64,000 nucleotides of DNA, taken from Geosiphon pyriformis uo1 (taxonomy: Eukaryota > Fungi > Glomeromycota). Numbering within the stretch: position 1 is the stretch's first letter; every line of letters begins with the position of its first letter. The position numbers and the translations under genes are program-made. This document shows positions 27,881 to 38,700 of this stretch, in pieces. Below the pieces are notes generated by a model. That model made no database searches. It worked only from the letters and a program-made list of their open reading frames with translations, and was not told where the DNA came from. Where the stretch lies: assembly GCA_016748015.1 (NCBI GenBank), contig JAAOMT010000273.1:1-64000 (forward strand), read 5' to 3'.

Positions 27881-30285
27881 TAAGAGGAGATCCCAAAAGA
27901 CAAATAAGTTGCAATTGACCCAAAATTGACGAGGATTCAATTCTGTCATTTTTTATTCCCATATCACCTGCTGATGAGGTGGTCAAGTTGGATATTTGAT
28001 GTATATTCGGATCTTGAAGTGACCTCTGAGCAAATAAATCGGTCATAGCAATACGTTTAGGGCCAATTTATTAATTATCCTTTTGAGATTGGTGTATGCT
28101 TCTCATTCTATTCAGAAATTTAGATAAAATTTTAAATTGACTATCTTTTGAATACAGTCCTACTCCATAGTATCACATGGTTGGTCTATGATTGTGTAGA
28201 GTTTCCTTCTGTATGAGGTGTGCTGCAACAAAACCAGACAAAGTGAAAATGTGGAATAAAGAAGTCAGGAAAATTCAAAATCTTATTCATTCATCTCAAA
28301 TGGAGTCGCGGGGAACCAATTCTGGTGTCACGACTGATAGGAGTTCGTTTGCAAAGTTGTACCTTGTGTGATTGGGATCGCGGCGAAAAGGAGGAGGTGG
28401 TTAGTGGTCAGACGAGAGGATGATGGAGGCCCCGGAAAGAGCAATTTTCACCGCCGCGTTTGCATCTCTTCCTCTTGTAGTGTGGTTGATCCTCCTTCTT
28501 GCTGGGCACCGGGATGCATTCGACGGCCCAACGTTATGCCCAGCTCTGAGGTAAATGTAATTCAAGGGGAAATATCTCCTTTATGACTAATTCCCACCTA
28601 TCTTGGTGACAGCTGGGATGACAGCAATGGTATTCTGAGTGCTGAGGAGGAAGCCAGCGAAAAGATAAAGATAATGCCTTTTCAATAACCAAAGCTACAA
28701 TTGCTTGATGTTCAGGAGCAATTATTTTGGAAAAACGTGACCCTTTACATGGAAATAAACATCCTGCATTCGGAAAATCAGTAATCACTAGAAGTTTAAT
28801 CAACATTATTAACAAAATAAACTATTTAAATTGGGATTGTAAGTTATTTCGTTTGCTTATTTTTTAATTAAGGCAACTATTTTTGCACTTTTGGCAAGGT
28901 GGTTTTTTGTTTTTTGAATGTTTTAGCGAAATTTATTTTCCTATTCTAGTTTTTTATTTTTTTCCCGTTTGACAGATTTTTCTTTCCGTCCTGGCTTGAG
29001 ATTAATCTAGTTTTTTTAACAATCTCCCCGTGCAAACATCATGTTACAATTTTCAACAGTGATAGCTTGGAATTACGCTTCTGATTTAAATATGGATTCC
29101 TTATAGATTGTGAACACTTTTAATGAAAATTTTACAGTAGACCTAGCTTACACATTCGCAAGGCAACCAATAGACACTAGGCAGAGGGAATTCAAGTTAG
29201 ACTAAATAAATTAAGGGACTAGTTATAATACGAAAAGTTAATTAATAGATGAATTGAACAAAGATAGCTAACGGTCAAAAATCAAATCAACCTTTGATGG
29301 TGAAATGTAAAGTAGTGTCTATGAGCCATCTTCGATAAATAATTTTCAAGATTTGTAGATTAGACCAGTTTGAGAAATAAATCAGTTTAAAAAAAGGATT
29401 TGATAATAATAAATGAACCAAACCAACTGCAAATTCTCAGACTTGCACAAATTTCAATTATTCTCTTGATATATTCTGTCTAAATTTTCCGATCTATAAG
29501 ATTTAATAACCATGATTTTAATCGTCATTATTCACAGCTGTTTGTTTTTGTGCTGCAAATTTGTATTCCCACCATTTTCGTGAAGGGAATATCCTGGGTG
29601 ATGATGTGTGAAAATAAGTTGAGGGATCAAATGTTGAAGCGTGACTTGGAAAAACCCTATATAACCAGAGAGGAGTAAAATGTGAAAATTATATTCCTGG
29701 GGACATTATCAATTAGCAATGATTTTGAAAATAAAAAAAGTGGTTTAGTTTTGAGGAAGGTTAAAGGAACGGTGCTACTTTGATCTAAGGCAAATTGGGA
29801 TCAGGTTGTTGTGAGGCTTCATATTTTAAGCCTTTTAACTAGGAAGCCGTTCCCTAAATTAATATATAAACTTTATGCAATGTAAAAAAAAAGGCAGAAT
29901 TAAGTAGATTTTGATAGTGAATAGTTTTTGTCAAATTGCTTGATTGAATATTTGGTGGAAGAGTTTTAACAAGTAAATGAAACCTAGTTGGTTTAATTTT
30001 ATAATCGAGTTTGAACACAATCAAATTATTATTATCACTAAAAATCAAAACATATATCGAAAAAATGATTCCTTTTTGAAATAAGGAGTTTCATAAAAGT
30101 TGTTTTTATTACTCTCATATATTTTGAAACTGATTATCAAATTGAGTAAAACATGTTACAATTAATCCAGCAGAATTAAATGTTGGCAAGAATTTAACAA
30201 GTGAAAACTAATTATTATTATTCCAGATAATGAAGACAATAATATATATATATATATTTTGTGGAGGGGGGGGGGGGGGGGGGGG

Positions 30286-30305
30286 NNNNNNNNNNNNNNN
30301 NNNNN
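30286..30305. other. Assembly gap (20 N) inside a poly-G tract
   Basis: N run flanked by G homopolymers. Confidence 0.99.
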
Positions 30306-31255
30306 GGGGAGGTACTATAACAAAACCAGACAAAAGTGAATGGGTAATGGTGACGTTAAGCTTATGAAATTAGTGATTATTTCTTTCTTCAGACCACCAT
30401 TGCTATTATCATCAAAACACCAGAGATTTAGTCACCAAGATGATATTTGGTACAAGTTTTCTCAAAAACGATTTATTTAGTGGATACTTTTCTTCTCAGT
30501 TGCATTTTTTGAGTAAGAAGTGAGGACTTTTTTAAACTTTGTAGAATTAATTAAATTCATGGCTTAATATTTTTGGCATTTTGTGTTAGTTCTTTTTAAT
30601 CGAAGGTAAAATTTGGTATAGTAATTGGTAAGAATGATAAATTATTTCTCAATTAATTTCTAAATCATAAATAATTGACTTTGTAAATTCTTTTGGGATT
30701 TTATTATTTTGACCTGCTCTCAAAGTATAATTTACTTTACAGCTTTTTGTTTTTCATCTTAGCATAATAAGAGCTTTTTTGGATTTTCCAAATTAAACAA
30801 ATTATTTGGATTAGTTTCAGTATGAATATTCAGGTTAATTAAGACTAATTGTTCAGAAAAACACATAACATAGTAACTTAAAATAATAATTATTTTGCCA
30901 TTTTATTTCATTTTATTTTAATTAAAAAGTTTTTTTTTTTTTTTTACTTTGGTAATTAATAATTTTTTGTTAATTTCTTTTTAATGATAATTTTTTAATT
31001 ACATTATTTTTCAATGTAATTAAATCAATTAATTAGTTAAAAATATTATTAAAAATAGTTTTATTTAATATATTTTTTTTTATTTTAGTTATAATATTTT
31101 TATTTATTATTGTTATATATTAATTTTAAACAAATAATATTTTTAAACATATAATTTTTAAATTCAAAAGTGTGAACTTTATCGAATTTAACATCAAGGT
31201 ATCTTGATTTTTATCATTTAACTAATGGCTTAAGAGTCAAGAAGCTGGTCAATAT

Positions 31256-31316
31256 TTTTCTGATTTATAGAATGTTTGTTCAAAATTTTTTTTGATTTAT
31301 AGAATGTTCGTTCAAA
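31256..31316. repeat. Two-copy ~32-bp tandem duplication
   Basis: TGATTTATAGAATGTT(T/C)GTTCAAAA occurs twice in tandem. Confidence 0.85.
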
Positions 31317-32114
31317 AAATTCTCAAGCAAAAGAGATCTAATTTGAAGAATGATAACTGGCGTTGCCTCTCAATATTGAAAGAATTCTAGCACAGAATAT
31401 AGAAAGACATTCATTGAAATCGCTAAAGTAGTTAAAAAGTACTCTTCTTACATAACAATAATAGGAAAAAACAGTACCTTGTCTACAAATTCAATACTTT
31501 TAAGATAAATTCCTAGAAGGATGAAGCGATTTCCAGACTTATCTTTTTTTCATTGCCTGATAATATCCTGAGTTTGTGGCAAAATTTCTTTTAATTTAAG
31601 GCTAAACTCATTCAGTCTCTCCCAGTGTATGCAGTTTATACAAGTCATGTTGATATTCCTATTAAATCGTATAACCCCATGTCAAAAAAAATGTTTACTA
31701 TTAACAATTTCCTTTAAAGTGTCCCAATTCAATAATTTGACCTTTGTTTTTAAAAACAAAATATAAAACCAAAGAGATAGATATTCCTTCCTGAAATTGT
31801 GCATTATAATATTACGTTTATGGATTTTTGAAAAATTATTCCCTTCCGATTTTTATTGAAAGCTTAAAAAAAATCGTGAATAAAAAAATTTTTTTCATTG
31901 ATTAATTGAGTTTAGATTAGTTAAAAATATATGATTTTTCTCTATTTATTCAAACCTCAACCAATTCTTTCAACATGGACTAACCTTCGCAATCAATAGG
32001 ATTTTTGCCTCTCAGTAAAATTCTTTAACAGGCCCATTTACAAAGGCTATTTATTATCTCAACAAATAAAAAAAGAGAAGACTTGGGTTATACCATATCT
32101 TTCGACATTATTTT

Positions 32115-33539
32115 TTAAAGATTTTGCGGGCATATTCCCATAATGCTTCCAAAATAAGGACCAAAATGCGATGAAGCTGTAGCCAATTGCTTGTCCTCTT
32201 GGTGTCCTCTATTACATTCCTAATCAAAAAATACTAGTTAGCAAGCATATCTTTTGAAAATCTTCAAGTTTATTGACTTACTGGATTCTCATCAATAACT
32301 CCAATCAACCCAGTTCCGGTTATAATTTTTCCTACACATTCATAGACAATATACATCGATAATAAATTTTCATCTAGATTCGCTCCCCCAGTTGAACAAT
32401 CACAAATAGATGAAATCCAATACTCCCGTTCAAGATGCCAATAACTATATTTTACATTAGGTTTCTTTAGTGGAATTTGGGGTATATTATCATCGGTATG
32501 CGTGATTCGGAAAATTTTTCCAGCTAACACTTTATTGATGTGGATTGTCAGTTTGGGATTGGTAAAACGTGGTTGGCCAAATGTGTATACTTGAACATCA
32601 AGGTCTGGCTTATTCAATTGTAATAATAATAAAGCAGTTAGGATTGCGTAAACTAAATAAAAGAGATAAAGAGGTAAAAAAAAAAAGAAAGGTTGAAAAT
32701 GACGAATCTGAGAAATTTTAATATCTTTGCAACCTACCACCGCCATCTCCATGTCCAACAGTTCTAACTTTATTAATTTTGGGATATTTAAAGAATTCAT
32801 TTTCAATTTTCCATAATATTCCTTCACTTGCAGCTTGAAACAAGCCACCAAATCTATGATCGATTAATCCATGTGGATCAAAGAAACCCCATCCAACTCG
32901 CTCTGTCATCCAGCGGAAAAAATTCATTTCTTTGCCTCTTAATATCACAATAATTTCACCATTTTCGGTTGAGGTAAATGCATTGACTTGAGAATAAATT
33001 ATCATAAATAATGATTTTGATTTTGGAAAATCTTCTTGCAAGTCAAGCAAAATAAAAATACCGTAAAGCGGAACATCAGGAGAGCTTAAACTTTCTTCAG
33101 TGTGATTCATACAGTAAGATTTTTGAGCATATTTTGCAAATCTTGAAAACTTTTGGAGCAACTGGTCAGTGTCATTAAGTGAAATAAGCCTCTTCCTTGG
33201 AGTCTCTTCACCCAATAGTGATCGTTCATGAATTTTAGTTGGTCTATTTTTTAAGTCACCAGAAACTTTTTTTGAAAAGGATAAATTTTCTTGGTCATCT
33301 TGAAAATTTCTATTCAATCGAACAATAATATTTTTCCAAAATGAACTATTTAATGTCTTAATTATTGGAATCAAGTTTTCATTTAAATCAATTACTATAA
33401 ATTGATTTGTCGGACTGGGAAATCTTGAAAAAGAAAAAAACCCGAAAATGAAAATTATAATTCCCTTGATAATTATTCGTCTTGAATACTTTTTATTGAG
33501 AAATTCCTTTGAAATCAGTGAAGAAATGAAAAAATCCAT
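32115..33539 (-). CDS. Class 3 lipase-like protein with N-terminal membrane anchor; catalytic Ser replaced by Gly; 4 exons
   Basis: AQKSYC, IIVILRG, TVGHGDGG(VYA), VYTFGQPR, RITHTDDNIPQIP, WHLEREYWI, ENPECN and SHFGPYFG. Splice sites are intact and the stop is at 32115. Confidence 0.88.
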
Positions 33540-34289
33540 TGGTTTTTTTAGAAAATTTTATTCAAAGAAAATAGGTAAATCTTCTAATGTGACTCATTTA
33601 TTGATTTCAAATACCGTGATGATCTAACAGCGGAAAAAAGTTAAGTTCTTGGATCATTTCTTAAAATGTTTTTTTTTTTAAATAAATAAATTAATATATT
33701 AATATATATATATTAAATTAAATATATCTTATTATACCTGAATAAATTTTAATTATTTTACAATTCAAACTTTTTTTTTTATATTACGAGTATTTTATAA
33801 TTTTCAATATTGAATTCAAAGTTATTGTGTATTTGCTACAAAAGATTTATATAAAATTTTTTTTTTAAATATGTTTAATACATCAAAAATTTATATATAT
33901 ATAAAAATATAAAAATAATATTTTTTAATTAGTTAAATTTATTATTTTTTTATTAACATCATTTTAAAATGTGTATATTTAATAATTAAAAACTATTAAT
34001 TTATTAAATAAATTTAAAATCAATGTATAAATATTTTTGTTTTTAAAATGACACGTTTTTAATTATTTTATTTATTATTTTTTAATAATTAATTAATTAA
34101 TTATAAATATAAAATTAAATTAATAATTATTTTTTTCTTAATTTTAAATATTTAATAAATAAAATATAAAATAATATCTTTTTTTTTCTATAATCATTAT
34201 TCTTTATTTTTAGTTATCTTTATATATATATTAATAAATATTAAAAACATAAATTAATAAATAATAAAATACTAATTTTTTATTTTCTT

Positions 34290-34507
34290 ATTTATTTATT
34301 TATTTTGTTTATTTATTTGTTTGTTTGTTTATTTGTTTATTTATTTGTTTGTTTGTTTGTTTTATACTGTTGTAAAATTAACTTTTTAAAAAAATAAATA
34401 TTAAATATAATATTATAAATAATTTAATAAAACAAATAAAATTAATTTTTTAAAATTTGAACATAAATTTCTCTTAAAAGTAAAACAACAACAACAACAA
34501 CAACAAA
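34290..34507. repeat. (TTTR)n and (CAA)n microsatellites
   Basis: TTTA/TTTG run at about 34290-34362 and CAA run at about 34486-34507. Confidence 0.85.
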
Positions 34508-35064
34508 ATTTTTATTTTTTATACAAAAAATTAAATTAATTAAATTTTTTAATTATTTAAAATAATAATTATAAAAGAATTAATAAAAATATAATAAAAT
34601 ATTAAAAAGTTAATATTTTATTATATAATTAAAAACTATTTAAATTTAAATTTTTTATTTTTTATTTAATATAAATAATATTTATATAATTTATATTATA
34701 TTTTTTATACTTAATAAATATTTATTATAAAATATTTTTATATTATAAATATTAAATTTAATTATTTTAATATTAATATCTTAATAAACAAAAATATTTA
34801 TTAAGATATTAAATCAAAATTATTATATTTTATTTTAATTAATATTATTTACAAAAATTTATAATTAAAAACTTTTTTACAAACTTTAATTTTTATTAAA
34901 TATAATTAAATATATTATAAAAAACAATTATATTATTATATTATTATTATTATAAAAAACAATTATATTATTATATTTATAAAAAACATTCCAAAATATT
35001 TGAAAACAAAATATAATAAAAAAATAAATTTTATTAACTATATAATTTACCAATTTATTATTCA

Positions 35065-35653
35065 CATGTAGGGTCCTGGAAGGTGCTTTCTGGCTCTTCT
35101 CACTCCTCCTCGGGTATATTACAGCTGTTGTCATCCAGTGTTTCTGATTCCTCTGTGTCTATGGCTCTTTTTAAGGGCTTTGTTTTCAATAGATGATTTA
35201 GTGAGGCTGTTTCCGTCTTTCACGACCCCAAGATTGCTGTTTTGGAAATTGTCAAGTTTGTGCACTCTCTTGGTCTTGCTTTCAGGAAGGATGTCTGGTC
35301 GATTCGTGCTAAGCATTGTGCGTATATGGAGAAAAATGGACTGATCCTGCTAGATGGTTCAGCCGTTGTCTCAGTTCATGATTTAGCTTTAAGGTTCTCT
35401 GCAAGGGTGGTTAGGTTATTTGGCATTACTAGTGCTTTAGGTGTTCATTTTGGTTTTCGCAAGGCTTGCTTGTTCTTTTCAGATATAGGTGAATCAGTGT
35501 TGGTTCATATAGCTGCGTAGTGTTGTTCTGATTGGTCCGAGTGGCTGGTCACGTGTAGAAAGTGCATGATTCATGCCTAGTTTAGATCAATTCCATGATG
35601 TATAGTGCTAGGTAGTGTTTGGACCTCACTCGTTAAGCAATAAAAAAAAAAAA
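35065..35653 (+). mobile_element. 5'-truncated LINE copy (ORF2 C-terminus, 3' tail, poly(A)) with 8-bp TSD
   Basis: The peptide ...ALFKGFVF..FVHSLGLAFRKDVW..MEKNG..VHIAA* is homologous to the C-terminus at 41950-42377. ATTATTCA flanks the copy at 35057-35064 and 35654-35661. Confidence 0.88.
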
Positions 35654-35731
35654 ATTATTCAAAATACCAAAATAATTTTTAATCTAATTTATTAAAAGTT
35701 TTTTATCTTAAATAATAATAATAAAAAAAAA

Positions 35732-38700
35732 CTTCCTTTCTTACCTCCAAAAATTCTTAAAAAGTGTATTTTTTGAAAAAGAAGTTTTTAATCTCTCTTG
35801 TTAGTTCATTTCATCATTTCTTTAACTAATAACCCTTTCGTTATGGATTTGGAGGCTGTCTCTGGCGGCAGTATGTCTAAAAAAAAGGCTCCTAAAGGTG
35901 CTCTCCATGGTCCTGCTGGTGGTTCATTCTCACAAAAGAAAAAAGTTGTGATTGAGAATGTCAAACACTTGGATAATGAAAAAGATATTTCTTTGAACAA
36001 GTCTGGTTCTGGCGGCAATGTGTTTTCTGATGTGGACAGTCTTTCTGGTAATGATAATGATGCCAGTATGTCTGGTTTTTATGGTGGGTCCCCTCTTGGT
36101 TCAGCTGTCAATACTCCTAAAGTAAAGCGTGTCAACACTGGTGCTGTATTTGAATCCCCACTTAAATCTCCCAACTTTACAATGAATGATATTAAAGTTG
36201 TTCTCCCTCCTCATGTACCTATCTCTCTGGATAGAAAATGGGTAGACCCAAAGATTGTTAAGGTTCCTGTAAAAATATCAGTCAAGAAATCATTTGCTTT
36301 GGATATTAATCTTTCAGCAGTGGAGGGCAAATCAGCAACAGCAAAAACTCAAATAATCAGAAAAATTTTTTCTTTGGTCAATGGTTTTGGGAGGGCCACT
36401 ACTCCCTCAAAGTTTGAAGAAATTATCTGATCGACATTTACTTCAGAAGAGAGCATAGAAGTGGCCGCATCATTGGCCAGAGAAAAAAGGATTGTCGTAA
36501 ACACCGATCTTAAGAAACAAGGAATGCATTCAGATTGGGCTGTGGTATTAAAAAAAATTCTCATGGACATGCCAAAGGATATGATCGTCGCCACAGTATC
36601 CAAATTTGGGGAAATTAAGTCAATCAGAATTCAGTTGATCAGAATATGGTAGAAGGCTGTGGTGGAGTTCACCAAATCTAGTCAAACTAATCAGTTAGCC
36701 TCAAAGTGGTCATTCCTAATTGGGAAAGACTTAGTGCGTGTTGCCAGAGCTGTGGGAGATTGTGATGTCTGGGCATTAAGAGATTGCTATAGAGCACTTC
36801 TGTTTACTTTGCCAATGGGGACAACTGTGCATAATCTTGGTACTTTTTTGGATAAAGTTGGTGGGAAAACTTGTGTTATTAATCACTCATTGGAAACTGG
36901 CAATAGGTTTTGTTGTGCCGTGGTGTGCTTTGAATCTGTTGATGATTTGAATTCGGCCTTTCTTGGTGGTGTTCAGCTTTCATGGGCCAGGTTTGATTTG
37001 GTTTGTTATGGGAAGTGTGGACATCTTGGTCATTTGGCTCTTGAATGTGACGCTTCAAATGTGTTATCTCTTGAGTTCCCATCTTTGTCTAGAAAACCTG
37101 CCTCCAATACCAATCGTCTCCAGCTGGCCAGGCTATATGCGAAAAAGAATGTTCCTATCTCTCACTCTGCTGCTTTTGGTGGCAAGTCATGGGCCCAAGT
37201 GGTGTCTCTTGCATTCTCTTCTAGTGGTTCTTCTTCTGGTTTTGGTTTTGGTTCTGGTGTCTTTTCTCTTGGCGTCTCTGATTTGGGTGGTGGTCTTCTT
37301 CTATTGGCGAATGACAACTCCTCTTTGAATGCCCAGTTGGCATCTTTAGAACATTCCTTGAAGCTCCTACATGATCAGGTCTCTGGTATTGTGTACAGAC
37401 TCAGCAGTATGAATCTGGTGCCTTTGGCCCCCTTTTCTTCTTCTTTGGGTATTTTGGATGTTCCAGCAGCTACCAATTTTGATATGATTTTGGATGATAC
37501 CTCACATGATCCTGTGGTGGCACTTTCGCTTCCTCATGTTGGTTCGGATTTGGGTTTGAGTAGTTCAAAAGTTTTAACCTCTAAGGTGGATTCTCTGGAA
37601 TCCAAGTTGGTGGCTCTCAATGCTTCTATTGGTGCAATTCTGGAGAAATTAAATCAGTTGTGCACTAGTTCGGATTTTCAGGCATCTTCTTCTTCCCAAT
37701 GATTGACCTGGTTTGGAAAGCAATGTGAGAGGCATGAACAATCCTGCCAAGCAGGAAAATATTGTTCGATGACACAAAAATGCAGGTAAAATGATTTCTG
37801 TGGTTACTGAAACAATGTTGAAAGAAAAAGTCCATCCTTGGATTATAAACAAATTTGATGGTGTTTGAGTGTTTACCTCTGGTTTGGAGTCTGGTTATTT
37901 AGGTGCAGAAGTTGTCATAATTATGGATGTTTCTCTGGCAAAGCATGTGTGCAAGATTTCTGAAGTGCCCGGCCAGTTCATCTCTGTAAAATTGCTTTTC
38001 AAAAATAAACTTTCAGTGACAGTTTTGAGCTTATATACAGGTGCCACCTTGGAAAAGAGACTGGCTCATTCTTACGTTGTCAATTTAATGGTAGCTGAGG
38101 CTTTAAATGGCAGTACTTTTGTTGTTCTTGGTAGCAACTTTAATAAAAATGATTCTGACCATAGTGCGAGCTTCAAGAAATGTCTGGATTTGGGTTTGTT
38201 TAATTCTTTACATGATTCTTCTTCACACAGACTTCCCACGTGGTCCAATTCAAGAGGTGTTCATAAGTGCATAGACTTTATATTAGTTAGTGATGGTCTT
38301 CGCAGTTCTTTTTTTAACCAGTGTGTGTCATGTTCGGCCAAATTTTTTGATTCTGACTACTTGGCCGTGTTGGTGGACATTGGTTTAGAGAGCTTTCTCA
38401 GTTCTCAGCTTAATTTGATACGCAGGCAGGCCGTGAGAGAAAAATGGAAATACAGAGTTAGTGATGTCAGTGGTGAGATCTGAAAAAAGTTTGGGGATGC
38501 GTCATTGGCTGTTGCTTCAAAGGCTGCTGGTAATTTTGAACTCCATGGCTCTAATGGTGATATCAACGGAATGTGGACACTTCTTTGTCTAATAGTATGC
38601 TCCACAGCAGAGGCCACTCTCGTGAAAACACAGTCCAGGGATGTTGGGTTGGTCAAGACAGCTATATTTTCTAGGTCTCACAGGTTGGAAATTTTGGTTG

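Noticed and set aside
35527-35570. Hammerhead ribozyme core (CTGATTGG..GAAA)
   Set aside because: It does not match CUGANGA in any copy, and the stem arrangement does not fit.
35530-35632. tRNA gene or tRNA-derived SINE (TGGTCCGAGTGG resembles an A box)
   Set aside because: No cloverleaf or clear B box could be built. The sequence sits directly after the ORF stop as a retroelement 3' tail.
35710-35724. TSD of the full-length LINE ((AAT)n on both sides)
   Set aside because: Plausible, but too low in complexity to distinguish from background microsatellite.
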